DNA of 64,000 bases from Camelus ferus (lineage: Eukaryota), in NCBI RefSeq assembly GCF_009834535.1, contig NC_045696.1, forward strand, positions 79,486,001 to 79,550,000, in the 5' to 3' direction. The notes beneath the pieces were generated by a model. It saw only the letters and a list, made by a program, of their open reading frames with translations, did no database searches and was not told the DNA's origin. Position 1 is the first letter of the stretch. The number at the start of each line of letters is the position of its first letter. Of this stretch, positions 38,341-51,949 are shown piece by piece. The position numbers and the translations under genes were made by a program.

Positions 38341-40199
38341 TCTCTTTCACAAAGAAGCACATAATAAACCTGAGGAGTGGATGATGAAACAACATCGTAA
38401 TCATAATGCAGCACACCCGGAAGCTATTTAAGTCTGCTTTACATTTTGATCCCTTAAGTGAAGAATGTATCTTGCTCTATTGCTCCATATGTAAGTTCCT
38501 ATCACAGCCGAATGTGATTCCTATCAAAATCTATTCTTATGACTGAACTCGGTTCTGTGCACTGAAGCACATTTCCACATGCTTATCTTCCTTCACATCA
38601 TGGGTCCTTTGAATACTGATGTTAGATTTACCACAATCCTTTTAAAGCCAGGACTAAGATTAACTTGTTGATGAAAAACACATCAATACAATCAATTTAT
38701 GAATTCAGAGAAAATTCAAAGAAATTACACCACAGTATTTTTTAAACGCAAAAAAGTATCATATGAACCTTATTATTTTTACATGAGGTATAATTTCTAA
38801 TGTTCACAATTTACTTAAAATTTTTAGAACTGCTATTACATAGCTATGATATCCTGACTTTTTACTTGTTAGGGAAAAGAAAAACCCATGAATAAAAAAT
38901 ACTGTTTATAATTTAAATACATTTTGATAAAAAACAAAAATTTGACTTAAAAATGCAAATCCATAAAGACAGGGTAATAGGAACAGTGTACAGCAAAAGC
39001 TTCACATGGGATGAAAATGACTTTTAAAATCTTTCTTCAAAATATGTAAATGTTGAAAATAACAGATTTGTCAAACTTATTTTTGTAACATGTTTTAGAT
39101 CAGCCAGAGCTGAAGGTTATATGAGAATGTTACTTTGTGTTTGTTTGTGGTGGAGAGAGGAAAGGGAAGGGAACCTTCTAACTATTGGAGACTATTCAAT
39201 GAACTTCCTGTATCAAAATATTCTTAAGTATGGGCCCTGTGGGGAAGAAATGTGTATGTATTCCAGAAGCATCATCTTTCTGATGGACTTGGGATGATGG
39301 AACTATGAGGCGAGGATTTCAGGAAGACAGCACAATTCTCAAGGAAAATTGTGAGAAAATGAGTGAGAAGACATCTAACGGAGATGGGCTGGTTGAGCTG
39401 GAGGAGCAAGACTGGAGTGCCAGAATGTGCAGTCAATCCAAGCACAGGGTTTAGGCTGGACTCAGCCCCTCCAGGACCCAACCTGCTTCCCTCAGCCTCA
39501 CCCTATGGCTGCTCTCTGCCTTGGAGAGGAGAGTTTGATATGACTGGAGAACTATATTCCTGGGGGAGGAAACTGAAGAGTTGCAGACTTCTCTTTTAAA
39601 GAGCAGGACAAGAACATTAGGTTGTACAACTCAGGAGACGGACAGATGTCTGAGAGCTCTAGCACCCACAGGAATGGAGGGAAAGTAAGAGCAGTGACGC
39701 CCCCTAGATGTAGGACTGTCAGAGCCTGGAGGGTACTGAGGATTACACAGCAAAGCAGACCCAGATTACATTTGTTTATTCGTAGTAGTTCCCATAATCT
39801 CAAAAGAGACCAAACAGGAAAAAAAAAAAAAAAAGCCTCAGAACAACATAAAATCATCCAAAAGACAACAGGATCTGTGAGAAAAAAAGAAAAATCACAT
39901 GCTTCACCATATAATTCAGTACTTCATCGATCAAATAGAAAAAGCAAGTGCCCTGGCTAACAATGTCTATAAAATAAAAGAACTGCTAATCAGAACACTA
40001 AAGATTATAAGCCAAAATTACAAAGAGAGGAAGAAAAAAATTAAGGCAAAAATAAGGAAGGAGCTACAAGGTACACTTTCAGCAGTGATATGCTGGCCAC
40101 TAAAAGTAGACAAAAGAACACAGAATAGATCTTTCATATAGGAACAAGCACAAAGTATTCTGCTGTCCTGAAGACAGAATTTTACAACACACTAATTCT

Positions 40200-40410
40200 G
40201 TCACTGCCATTTATTAGGTACCAGATACATACCTGTCAATGTACATCTACTGCTTCATTCATTTAATGAGGTAGTATTAGCGCCCTCTTTCTACAGTTGA
40301 GTAAACTGAGCTGTGGCTAAAAAAATTGCCCGTGGTCACAAAACTGCTTGTTGAACAGAAGAGCCAGGAATTAAGTCTACACATCTTGCTTCAAAGCCAA
40401 TGTCCTTCTG
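40200..40410 (-). mobile_element. MIR SINE
   Basis: atgaggtagtattagcgccctctttctacagttgagtaaactgag...ttgcccgtggtcaca...agagccaggaattaagtc. Confidence 0.7.
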
Positions 40411-40904
40411 GATACCAACACTTGTTCTCATTACTGGTAAACTGAAAGGGTCAGGAAAGTGGACTGTAATTAACAGGATGTACTTTTTATTGTCACAATT
40501 AATCATTTTTACAATGCAGACAAGAAATATGTATGTGTAGATGTGTATTTTATGTGTATACACACACACTTTAAGAAAGCAAGGCATTTAGAAATAATTT
40601 CATCAAAAAATAATATGAAACAAAATTTCTATATTTAGTAAAATAATCAGCAACTACCTAGAAAATTCACTCAAACAGACAGTTAATTGCTAGGGTGTTT
40701 AAAGCCATTATAGCAGGGTGGAAATACTGGATGGGACTATATTTTCAATAGCAATCACAGAACTCAAATGCATTATCTCTTATCAGGGGGTTAGTGATGA
40801 TCACAAGAAATAGAGAATCGGTTCAAACAACAACAAAATCTAATTAAAAAGAGAAGGGCACTTGTGCTCTCATTTTTTCGTTTTAATTGGATGTATCTGA
40901 TTAC

Positions 40905-41076
40905 CGTTTGCCAACCATGAAAATTCCTCGACCAATTCCTCCACCCTCAGTGTGACAAAATAATAAGAATGCTTCTTGCAAATTCTTTTCATTCATAACC
41001 ACAGATTTATGTGGCCCGGAATAGACTGAGCCTAAGGTTAATTCTTTCTCATCCTCAGCAAACATGTATTTATTCC
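40905..41076 (-). CDS. Candidate 172-nt internal exon, host gene unknown
   Basis: On the minus strand: tttttctcttgcactgtag|GG...CG|gtaatc. One frame is open throughout (NKYMFAEDEKELTLGSVYSGPHKSVVMNEKNLQEAFLLFCHTEGGGIGRGIFMVGK) and the other two are closed. Peptide not recognised. Confidence 0.3.
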
Positions 41077-41431
41077 CTACAGTGCAAGAGAAAAATTTAG
41101 TCCAGAAGAATTACTTCCCTGCAGAGAGGTGGGAAGTAGCAAGTGTTTAGGGACCCAACTCTACTTCAAAACCTCAGTTTCAACCTGAAATGAGGAGAGC
41201 TTGAGCACAAAACAGGATAGGGACGGAAAAAACATATTGAGTATTTAAAGCAAGGAATTTACAAAACAGTTTGAAAAACCAAGGTTTTAAAATCGAATTT
41301 GAATGTAAGACATGGCCATTTCTTCTCATGTGATCATTCTTTCGAAGACTACAGTCTTCTCCTCCCTAAAAATTTTTCTGAATGAACAAGAAGTTCAATG
41401 AATGGCACAACTAAAAAAAAATAGTATAATG

Positions 41432-41858
41432 CAGGAATTCTTTACCGTTTTTGTGATATGGAACTCTTGGCAATCTGGTAAAACCTAAAGTCCTTTTCCC
41501 AGAATAATGTTTTAAAATTGATTTTAAAAACCCATCAAATTTCAAAGGAACCAATACACAGTCATAAAAATTCTAAATAAATCAAATTTATAATACAGCA
41601 TTTTATGTGTCTATTAGCACATTAAGTAACAAAATGTAACTACCACAATTTCAAAGTAGAGATTCTTAAAATGATATTTGAGATGTCTGCAACAACTATA
41701 ATATATGAAAAGCTTCTAATTTCTATAGGTAATGAAGTCACAATTGGAGTTAGTACTAGTGTGTGTACTGCTTAAATTCATAATTAAAGGAAATGCTACA
41801 ATTCCACAGAGGATACTGAATTTGTCTAGGAACTCTTGGGGGTTCAATAAAAACTCTG
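41432..41858. mobile_element. hAT-Charlie MER119-like element
   Basis: caggaattctttaccgtttttgtgatatggaactcttggcaatctggtaaaaccta...cccagaataatgttttaaa...gatatttgagatgtctgcaacaactata. Confidence 0.65.
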
Positions 41859-42124
41859 GAATAATATAATGACAAAAACAGTTAAACCTAAGAGCTGCAG
41901 AAAATTTTATTCATCCTCAATTCAAACCTCCTAGATATAAAATGGTAACTATCAGCTTCAATATGTTGACATTCAAACATTCTACATTTTTCCTCTGAGA
42001 AGTACACTTTTAAGATAGAAAAGTTCCTTTGCCAAAGCAAAAGATAACAAACATCACTGTGATAATAAAAGGTACAGTTATTTTATCAAGAGTATTCTTT
42101 AAGCAAAATATGGTATCTTTTAAA

Positions 42125-43115
42125 AATTACATTCATGGATTTATTTATAAACACTTATTAAGTGCCTACTATGTGCCAGTGGCTTTAGAAATACCTAGTA
42201 TCAGTTATTATCATTTAAAATGTCACTTGTTTGTTTGATCATTCATTAAGTACATATATATGAAACTACTTTCATGGCAAGGTACTATTTTGGCAGCAGT
42301 GAACAATATAAATAAAGTTCTTTATTCCACGGAGCATATATTAGAGCAGGTGAGAAAAACTTCAAACAAGTAGTTAATTAAGCCATTATTTAATAATTGT
42401 GCTAGATTCAAAAACAGAAAGAAGCAGATAGCCAAGGAAATTGTATAACAAGAGGATCCTGACTGGTCAGGGAACGCTCCTGAGGAAATAACATTTTCAC
42501 TGAGCTTTAAAGAACATGTAGTTATTTACTGAGTGAAGGGAGATGAAATAGGGTTGAATGGGTGCAGAGAGCTTTCAAGTCGGAGGGAATGAAATATGCC
42601 CAAAAGGACAAAAAGGAGCTTGGTACATTGAAAGGCACTTAGGAGGAGAATGGCACAGAATAAATCTGGAGAGGTAGCAAGGACTATATCCTGTAGGGCA
42701 TCATGGGATATATTAAACACCTGGTCATTGTCCTAAGAATAATATGATACATTTAAGTTACATTACATTAAAACAACATAGAGTTTTAAGTAAGGTGGTG
42801 ACATGATAGGTCTGTGTGTCTGAAAGTTCACTTTGCTCGCAATGCAGTGGCTAGATTAATGCAGGGAGCTCAGCAAGAATCTGCCACTGCAGGTCCTAAC
42901 CCAGGCAAGAAATGAAAGAAACTCAAACTCAGGTTACAACGGTGGGAACTAGAAGTAGACAAATGAAAGGAGGATTTGGAAATTAAAATTTATAACTAGA
43001 TAAAGGGGATGAAAAAGAGATAGATGCCCAGCAAAATTTCCTGTTTTCTGATTCAAGCAACACGTGAAGAGGGATACCAGTTACTGAGACACAGAATACA
43101 AGAAGACTGGCTATG

Positions 43116-43149
<34 letters not shown>

Positions 43150-43320
43150 CTGTGTGTGTGTGTTGGAGAAGAAAGGTATATTTTATTTAGTTACAGACTT
43201 GTTAAACTTGAGACATCTATGAGATAGGGCCTGCTGCTTAGAATTGGGGTCTTGCCCATTTACATCCAGGAGTTATTGGCCTTGAGAAACTCTGACACTA
43301 AATAGTCATGTTTAAGAGGA
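42125..43320 (-). mobile_element. L2 LINE (left part; continues 45154-45420 after the L1 insertion)
   Basis: L2 tail reverse complement (aaacacttattaagtgcctactatgtgccag). The body resumes after the L1 with gtcaaatgctgctgagagatcaacag. Confidence 0.8.
43118..43162. repeat. (TG)n microsatellite, interrupted
   Basis: Directly visible. Confidence 0.95.
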
Positions 43321-45153
43321 CAATATCTGGGAATAAATCTAACCAAGGAGGTGAAAGAATTATACACAGAAAACTATAAACCATTGATGAAGGAAATTAA
43401 AGAAGACTTTAAAAAATGGAAAGATATTCCATGCTCTTGGATTGGAAGAATCAATATTGTTAAAATGGTCACACTGCCCAAGGCAATCTACAGATTTAAT
43501 GCAATCCCTATCCAATTACCCAGGACATATTTCACAGAACTAGAAAAAATCATAATAAAATTCATATGGAGCCATCAAAGACCTAGAATTGCCAAAGCAT
43601 TACTGAAGAGAAAGAAAGAGGCTGGTGGAATAACTCTCCCAGACTTCAGACAATACTATAGAGCTACAGTCATCAAGACAGCATGGTATTGGTACCAAAA
43701 CAGACATATAGACCGATGGAACAGAATAGAGAGCCCAGAAATGAACCCACAAACTTTTGGTCAACTCATCTTTGACAAAGGAGGCAAGAATATACATTGG
43801 AATAAAGACAATCTCTTCAGCAAATGGTGTTGGGAAAACTGGACAGCAGCATGTAAAACAATGAAGCTAGAACACTCCCTTACACCATATACAAAAATCA
43901 ACTCAAAATGGATTAAAGACTTAAACACAAGACAAGATACAATAAACCTCCTAGAGGAAATCATAGGCAAAACATTATCTGACATACATTTCAAAAATTT
44001 TCTCCTAGAAGAAATAAAAGCAAGAATAAACAAATGGGACCTAATGAAACTTACAAGCTTCTGCACAGCTAAGGAAACCAGAAATAAAACAAGAAGAAAA
44101 CCTACGGAATGGGAGAAAATGTTTGCAAGTGAAACCGACAAAGGCTTGATCTCCAGAATATATAAGCAGCTCATACGACTCAATAAGAAAAAAATAAACA
44201 ACCTAATCCAAAAATGGGCAGAAGACCTAAACAAGCCATTCTCCAAGGAAGACATACAAATGATCAAAAAGCACATGAAAAAATGCTCAATATCACTAAT
44301 TATCAGAGAAATGCAAATCAAAACTACAATGAGGTATCACCTCACACCAGTCAGAATGGCTGTTATTCAAAAGTCCACAAATGACAAATGCTGGAGAGGC
44401 TGTGGAGAAAGGGGAACCCTCCTACACTGCTGGTGGGAATGCAGTTTGGTGCAGCCACTATGGAAAACAGTGTGGAGATTCCTCAAAAGACTAGGAATAG
44501 ACTTACCATATGACCCAGGAATCCCACTCCTGGGCTTGTATCCAGAAGGAACCCTACCTTCAGGATGACACCTGCACCCCAATGTTCATAGCAGCACTAT
44601 TTACAATAGCCGAAACATGGAAACAGCCTAAATGTCCATCAACAGGTGACTGGATAAAGAAGAGGTGGTATATTTATACAATGGAATACTACTCAGCCAT
44701 AAAAACCGACAATATAATGCCATTTGCAGCAACATGGATGCTCCTGGAGAATGTCATTCTAAGTGAAGTAAGCCAGAAAGAGAAAGAAAAATACCATATG
44801 AGATGGCTCATATGTGGAATCTAAAAAACAAAAACAAAAACAAACAAACAAACAAAAACAAAGCGTAAATAAAGGACAGAAATAGACTCACAGACAGAGA
44901 ATACAGACTTGTGGTTACCAGGGGGGTGGAGGGTGGGAAGGGATAGACTGGGATTTCAAAATTGTAGAATAGACTACACTGTATAGCACAGGGAAATATA
45001 CACAAAATGTTATGATAACTCACAGAGAAAAAAATGTAGACAATGAGTGTGTATATGTCCATGAATAACTGAAAAATTGTGCTGAACACTGGAATTTGAC
45101 ACAACATTGTAAAATGATTATAAATCAATAAAAAATGTTAAAAAAAAAAAAAA
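43321..45153 (+). mobile_element. Young 5'-truncated LINE-1 (camelid type) with poly(A) and 7-bp TSD
   Basis: ORF2 C-terminal half, 3'UTR, AATAAA at 45127-45132 and poly(A) from 45140. TSD aagagga at 43314-43320 and 45154-45160, at a tt|aaga endonuclease-type site. Confidence 0.96.
43351..44824 (+). pseudogene. L1 ORF2p C-terminal portion (post-RT region plus CCHC zinc knuckle), one frameshift
   Basis: ORF 43351..44568 ([18 protein letters not shown]...[18 protein letters not shown]) continues in frame 44510..44824 ([14 protein letters not shown]...YTMEYYSAIK) after a frameshift near 44557. EN and RT core are absent. Confidence 0.95.
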
Positions 45154-48114
45154 AAGAGGATAAGCCTGCAGGGAATTCTGAAAGAAGAAATGAGAGTGAA
45201 AAGGAGAAAAAGATAAGGAAAAGAAGAAGTAGCCAGTGAGGTCAAATGCTGCTGAGAGATCAACAGTCAAGAGGACTGAAAGAAAATGTCTGATAAAATC
45301 TATTTTGGTGCACAGTTGATGTGAAGCTGAATTGGAGTGGTTTGAAGAGTGCATGAGAAAACAAGACATGGAAACTTGGACATAAACAGGTCTTTTTTAA
45401 CCTTGGGCTGCGCATGGCAGCAGAGTGGCGTGGAGAATGAATGCGAAGTCAACAGATTTCAAGGATCCTCATACCATCAGAACATTTGAACCACAAGATA
45501 TGCACTTTGCAAACTACATTTTTGTCTTTTTAGGCTGTATTTTCAATTATGGAAGCTGATGAAAAAAAAAAGTTTGAAATAAACCTGATGTAAAGGAAAT
45601 CAAAACACTGACTGTTTCTGGAAATGCTGAAGCACACTTACGAGCTATCAGTTTAAGATCTTGGCATATATTCCACATGTTTCTTCATGAATTCACCAAA
45701 TGCTTTATACATATGTTCTGTATTATGTATAAATAAGCAAATATGTGGATTCTACACAGTAACTAGAAACAACATTCCCTGTAGTCTCCAGATAAGAATT
45801 CTGAAGTGAAGTAAAAAGGTGTGCCCATAGTGGTCCAATGAAACAGAAGCCAAGTTGGAAACTGCACTGACCACTGATGGTTGTCAAGATCATCTAGAAG
45901 AGGAATTGTTGGTAACTGAAGTTGACCTCACTTCTTATAATCAAGATTAACTGGCAGTTTATGACATATGCATCATTAGAGGCCACCTAATTATCATATT
46001 TCTGATGTTGCTGTTTTCCTATTTTGCTGCCAGTAACTCTTGTGTGTTATTTCTCCTCCTCGGTGAGCAAAGGAAACAGAATGTCTTCATTGAGAATAAT
46101 AAGTGAAGGAGAAAGAATTCCAGCCAGGGCTCCCTTCTAGATATACATTCAGAATTTCCCATGAAAGATATCATCAAGTGAAAATTACCAAGTATCAGAC
46201 CTACAGTGCTGTTCTCTGTAGCACCTTTGGAATCAGCATTAAGTATTTCAGGATAATTAGAGACTGGTAAACCAACAAATTAATAAAAAAACTATCCCCA
46301 GGTGGCCTCCAAAAGATAATGTGGTTCCTACAAAGTGACAAACATTCCCAGGGAGAACGGCAGGCACTAGGAATGTCTGGTTCTGTAACAGCTTAGTAGG
46401 CCAAACTGATCAACAACCTTAAAATATAAGTGAAAACAAACGGCTTCATTCAAAAGGTAAAAGCTTTTACACATGGTTTTATATAAAGCATATTTATAGA
46501 AATCTTTCTCATGGACAATTTTGCTTTTATAAATTATCAGATGACAGGAATAAGTCTTTGCACATTATCTCATGCTGTTCAGTGTTTGGCTTGAAGCCCA
46601 GGAGAGGGTCATGCCTTTATAATGATGGAAAATGCAACCATCTAATAGCCAAGGAGTTTAGAAAGTGCCACTGAGCAATGAGAAAATGAGGTTCCTGCAC
46701 TAATTTGCACACAGTAGGCACTTAGCAAATATTTGCTAATGGATTTATTCTATCTGTTGCCAAATTGCTTAGTACTTATGTATTACTTAAGTAGGCTTTA
46801 ACCAAGATTTTAAGTATTCAAGTTGTGCGTACGGGCCTTAAGAGCTGTGAGGCTTCAGGTTAGTCATTTGACATCTTTAAGTGTCAATTCTCTCATTTGT
46901 AAATAGGGTTAATTTTATAAATACAATATGCACATATAATTATATATATATATACACGCAAAATGTATATACACAAACATCCATATCTTCTTGCACGTTA
47001 ACTGTACAGAAAAAAGAGACACTATACACAATAAGACTTCATAAATTATAAAAGATCTATAAAATCACATATAATTAATAAATAGAGTATAATTCATATA
47101 CAAGTCTCTTGTAGTTTATATAACTACAACAAAGAGCAATTCAGATATAAGTAGGCTCTAAGACACAGAGGTACATTTTTAGCTTCTGTTGCCAACCTGA
47201 TCACTGCTTCCTCTAAGTGTTTTAACTTGAAGCCCCTTTGCGAAGGTCATACAGGAACTTAGAAGTACTGCCAGGGGAGAGGATGTCGATTTAAATTCAG
47301 TGATGTGTGCCATTTGCTATTTCTCTTCCCCAGTTGTTCTATACTCAGTATTTATATGCTGCACCAAAATATTAATACCTCTCCTGCAAGTGACTGATTT
47401 CATAGAAAAAATTCCCCAAACCCTACACATATTTTTCAATATAAAGAGTAAATTTAAATATTTGGTAAAACAAACACACACACAAATGAACTTGAAACAC
47501 ATGTGGGCATACGAAGAAAGCGTTAGCTGGGAAAGCATACAGTCCTCTTGTGAAAAACTAAGAACTGTGGCAACATCAGAGTAGTAGTTCACATCCTCTG
47601 GAAGCATTTATCAAATACATGACCTGACTAGGCACAAACCTCAAATCAACTTAATTTGTGTCATCTCAGAGTTCACAGACGAGTAAAGGTATCACATTTC
47701 ATTGAAATTACTCCTTTAGACCTGGAGATTTATTTATATACTTCAGAAATTTTGAGACGTAAGATCCTCTCTTCTCAAGTCTCTAGGAAAATTGCCAAGA
47801 ACTAGAGTTAATGTTTATGGCCAAAAAAATTAATAATCACTTCTGAACATTTAAGAATAGAAATCCATTCTTGATAACAGTGTTTGATTGCTGTCAAAAT
47901 GAACTGCTTACCACTTGAAATGTTTAAATTTGCAAAAATATTTGTGGAAAAATTATTACAGTGTGAGTTAAAATACAAAGTCATTAAGTGTCTAGAAACC
48001 TCAAAGTCTAGGTCATGACAGGTGTTATTAAATCAAGAACGAGTGAGAGGATACAATTTTGGGATTTGCCATGAACTTGAAACCTGTGGGTAGTGAGACA
48101 CGCTGTCCTATTAT

Positions 48115-48330
48115 TAGAGGGGCGTGCCTGCACTAAGGTGTGTAGGTGCCCTGGGTACGCAAACCATTTGGAATCCTTCCAACCAATATTCTTTAAGTGA
48201 TTGTTCACCATTTAACTAACAAGCCAGGGAGAAGCCAACCTTCTTCTGATAAAAATGTTATAAACTGTATTTATTCTTTACACTAATGAGGATTGTTGTA
48301 CATGTACTGAATATAAAAAATAGTAATACA
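48115..48330. mobile_element. Possible hAT-Tip100-type DNA transposon fragment
   Basis: gcactaaggtgtgtaggtgccctgggtacgcaaaccatttggaatccttccaaccaatattcttt resembles Tip100-family termini. Confidence 0.3.
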
Positions 48331-50439
48331 TTTTAAATTGTCATTCATTCCAAATTTTTCCCTCCATCTCTCAAAACTGGACAAAATCTGTCACTCAAAA
48401 TCAGTAATTATAGTGGGAACTATAAACAGAACTTGTGGCATGATAAAGGAAAATTGCTAAGCGAGAAAAGTAGGTAGGAAAAGTCCCCTCCAATTTTGGA
48501 CTTTGGATTTTATTTTTGCTTGTTTGCTTATTTTTAATATTTTCTAAGTTCTTAGAAAATAATTATTACTAGAAGTCTGTGAAAGTCTGACAGCTAAGCT
48601 TTCAGCCTTATGATTTCCTGTTCATAACTCTGAACTGTCTTACTGGAAGAGCTAAACAAGCCTGGAGGATGGCGGCTTAGAAGGTACACACATTAGATTA
48701 TCACTGAAATCCACAGGTATTTTCTTTAGTGTCTACCATGTACCAGCTTTGTATTTGGTGTTGTAGTAACCAAGAACCTGAGTCAGGCCTTCATGAAACT
48801 CACAGTACAGCAAGCAACAGAGACAACTGGTTAAATGATACTACTAAGTGTTGAGTGCTGAGTGTTGTGATTAGGTAAATATAAGCCTAGGGTGAGATGG
48901 GAGCTAGTAATAAGGGGGGTAAATCAACACTGGGGAGTTAGAGAAGGCCTCTGAAAACAAAGCTATTTAAAGGAATAATCCTACTCAGTTTTGGGATAGG
49001 GTTTAAGAAAACTGGAATTCACAAGCATGCTGGTAGACATGTTATGTTTTACTTAACTGTACATTAAAAATTATGATATGAAAAAGGTATATATGTATAT
49101 GTGAATAATCTTCATCCCAAGATTTTCATAGAAAGAAGTGTCTAATACTTGTGAGTTGATACTGCTGGTTTACTGGATATCTATAGACGTTTAGGAGAAG
49201 ACATAAATAAGCTTTCTGAAGAAATAATGACAAAATCAGAAAACAAAAGTCCTTCATCTGGAGAAAACGCATTCACAATAATTCATGGAGAACAGTACCC
49301 TCACACCACTGCATAACTTTCTTTTCCTGCCATTTTAGAAGTAATTGGTACACTTTACTAAAAATATTTTAAAGAACAGAATTGAGAACAGCTGAAAAAG
49401 CTTCTGGTAGAATAACAAAAGGCTTCAAAACCTCAGAGTGAGATTAAGAAAGGATTTAGTAATTAATAAAGAGTTTAAAAATCTAGTTAAAACAACAAGT
49501 CATATTTCTTTAAATCTTACTTTATGTGTTCTGTTTGAACATGTGATTAAATATTAACTAGCTATACCAATCTAGTTTTATGTATTCTCACTAAGAAAAA
49601 TATTTTATTCTTTCTATCAGCCACATTTATATTTATATTCCAAACTCACAACCAAAGCATCTCTGTCAATTGTGATGAGCTAACATCAGAAAGGCTAAAT
49701 ATTAATGTGCCCCTTATAGAAGAATCCACATAGTCAGTATCTCCACTGCTCATGATTTCAATGTACCTCATATTTTCTCATGTTTGGTTAAAAATATTTT
49801 TAATTTAGTATCTATCACTATTGGTTCCAATTTTTTAAGAACTTTGAACATCACTATAGATAAGAAATTACCGAGATATTTTACAACTATCTCAATCACC
49901 AGGTTAAGAAAACTACTGATGGACTGCAGGTAATGATGATTATGGGCTAAATAAGAAAAGAAAATTAATAAAATGTTATGATTTCAATAGAAATTGGAAG
50001 TTTAGTCTAAAGCTTAAATTTTGCTTAAGTGATCACTTACTACAGCTTTAAAAAGAATATGCAGTATAACAAAAAAGTTCAAATGATGGTACATATAATT
50101 ATAGACTACATAATTGGTGGCTATTCAGTTCAGTAATACATCTTTTTATTACAAGGTGTTAAGTTAGGGACTGATGAGAGTGGTAAAGATGAGAGATGAA
50201 AGAGTATATATTCTACATAATCAAAGACAGGAACTACATCTTTGCATTCTAGATTCTCAGAACAATAAATATACAACACAGGTACTCAGTAAAGGACTGA
50301 CTGGTGAATATAGGATGATGAAGACATGGCTTCTATTCTCAAAGTTGAGTGATGAAGAGGGACTAGAATCCCAAAGAAGCATAAGAAAAAGCATAAAGAT
50401 ATAAAAATCCAAGTATAATTGGTAGCACAAAATCCTTAG

Positions 50440-51907
50440 AAGTTGAGATCACAATGCTTTAAAAAACATTGAACTCATGCAAAAAAAATGTGGTCTGACA
50501 GAACAAAACTGAATTAGAAATCATAACAGTAAGATTTTTAAGACTACAAATATTTGGAAATTAAATAACATACTTCTAAGAATCTATAGTCAAAGACAAA
50601 ATCACACAGGACATTAGAAAATATTTTTAACTGAATGATAAAGTAACATACAAAATGTGTGGGGGAAAAAACAGATAAAGCAGTGCTTTGAGAGAAGTCT
50701 ACAGCATCGAATGCCTTTATAAGAAAAGAAGAAAGGTTTTAAACCAAGTATCTAAAAGTCCATCTTAAGAAAATGGAAACAATTAAAAGAAGAAATTGAA
50801 CTGAAAGTAAGTAGAAGGAAGGAAATCATAAAGGTAAGAGCAGAAGTCTGTGAAATAGGAAATGGTAAAGAAATAGAGCAATAGAGCTGGTTCTTTGAAA
50901 ACTTCAAAACAATCAATAAACACATAACCAGTATGATCAGGGAATAGAAAGGGAAAACACAAATTAACAATAATGAGAAATATCACTTAGAAGGAATATC
51001 ACTTAGGTGTCATAGACATTAAGGGTAATAATATGAATTTATGCTCATATAAATAATACAAACAACTTTATGCCAATACAGTTGACAACTTAGATAAAAT
51101 AGACAAATTCCTTGAAAGACACAATCTATAAAAGCCACTCAAGAATAAACTGAAACTGAATTGAGAAACAGCCCCATAAATAAAAGTCCAGTCCCAGATG
51201 TCTGTCACCCATGAATTCTACTAAACAATTACAGAAGAAATAATACCAACCCTCCAAAAGCACTTTCAGAAAATAGGAAGTAAGAGAAAACGACAACTTA
51301 CGAAGTGAACTTTACTGGGATATCAAAACCAAAAACAGGCCTTCTAAGAAAAAAAAAATCTACAGACTAATATCCCTTATGAACCTGGACACACAAAATC
51401 CTTAGCGAAATATTAATTGAAATCAGCAATATATAAAAATGATGATACATCTTTACCAAGTAGGGCTTATCTGGGGAATGCAAGGTTGGTTTAATAACTG
51501 AAAGTCAGGGCACAATCAGTCATACTAACTATGGTGACTACAAAAGGAAGACAATACCATTTTTTCAATAGCTATTTTTTAAAAATTCAGAAAAATGCTC
51601 TTTTATGATTAAAAAAAAGTCTCAGTAAATTAGTAATAGGGGGGAATTTCCTAAAACTGATAAAGAACATCTATTATGAAAAAAAAAAAAGTCAAAATAA
51701 GCTCAAAACAAAAAAGCTCAAAACAAGATGAAAAGCAAATGTGTACTGAAATCTTCCTGGGACATCTCTTAGATTTCTGAGAAATAGTATGAAAATGAAT
51801 GTAACTGATAGCTCTGGCACAGTCAACTAGCCAAACAAGGGCAAGTAACTCATACCTCCAAACACCCGTATGTAAAAACAGTAAACATACTTGATTAAGC
51901 TTCTTAA

Positions 51908-51949
<42 letters not shown>

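Noticed and set aside
38378..38455. Possible C/D snoRNA (ATGATGA C-box-like motif)
   Set aside because: No CTGA D box or terminal stem at a suitable distance.
43600..45128. Minus-strand ORFs 43600..43797, 43761..44321, 44367..44582 and 44808..45128
   Set aside because: Antisense shadows of the young L1, a well-known source of spurious hypothetical proteins.
49187..49316. Protein-like plus-strand open stretch (RLGEDINKLSEEIMTKSENK...)
   Set aside because: Weak acceptor, ends in a stop, unrecognised, and on the strand opposite the inferred host gene.
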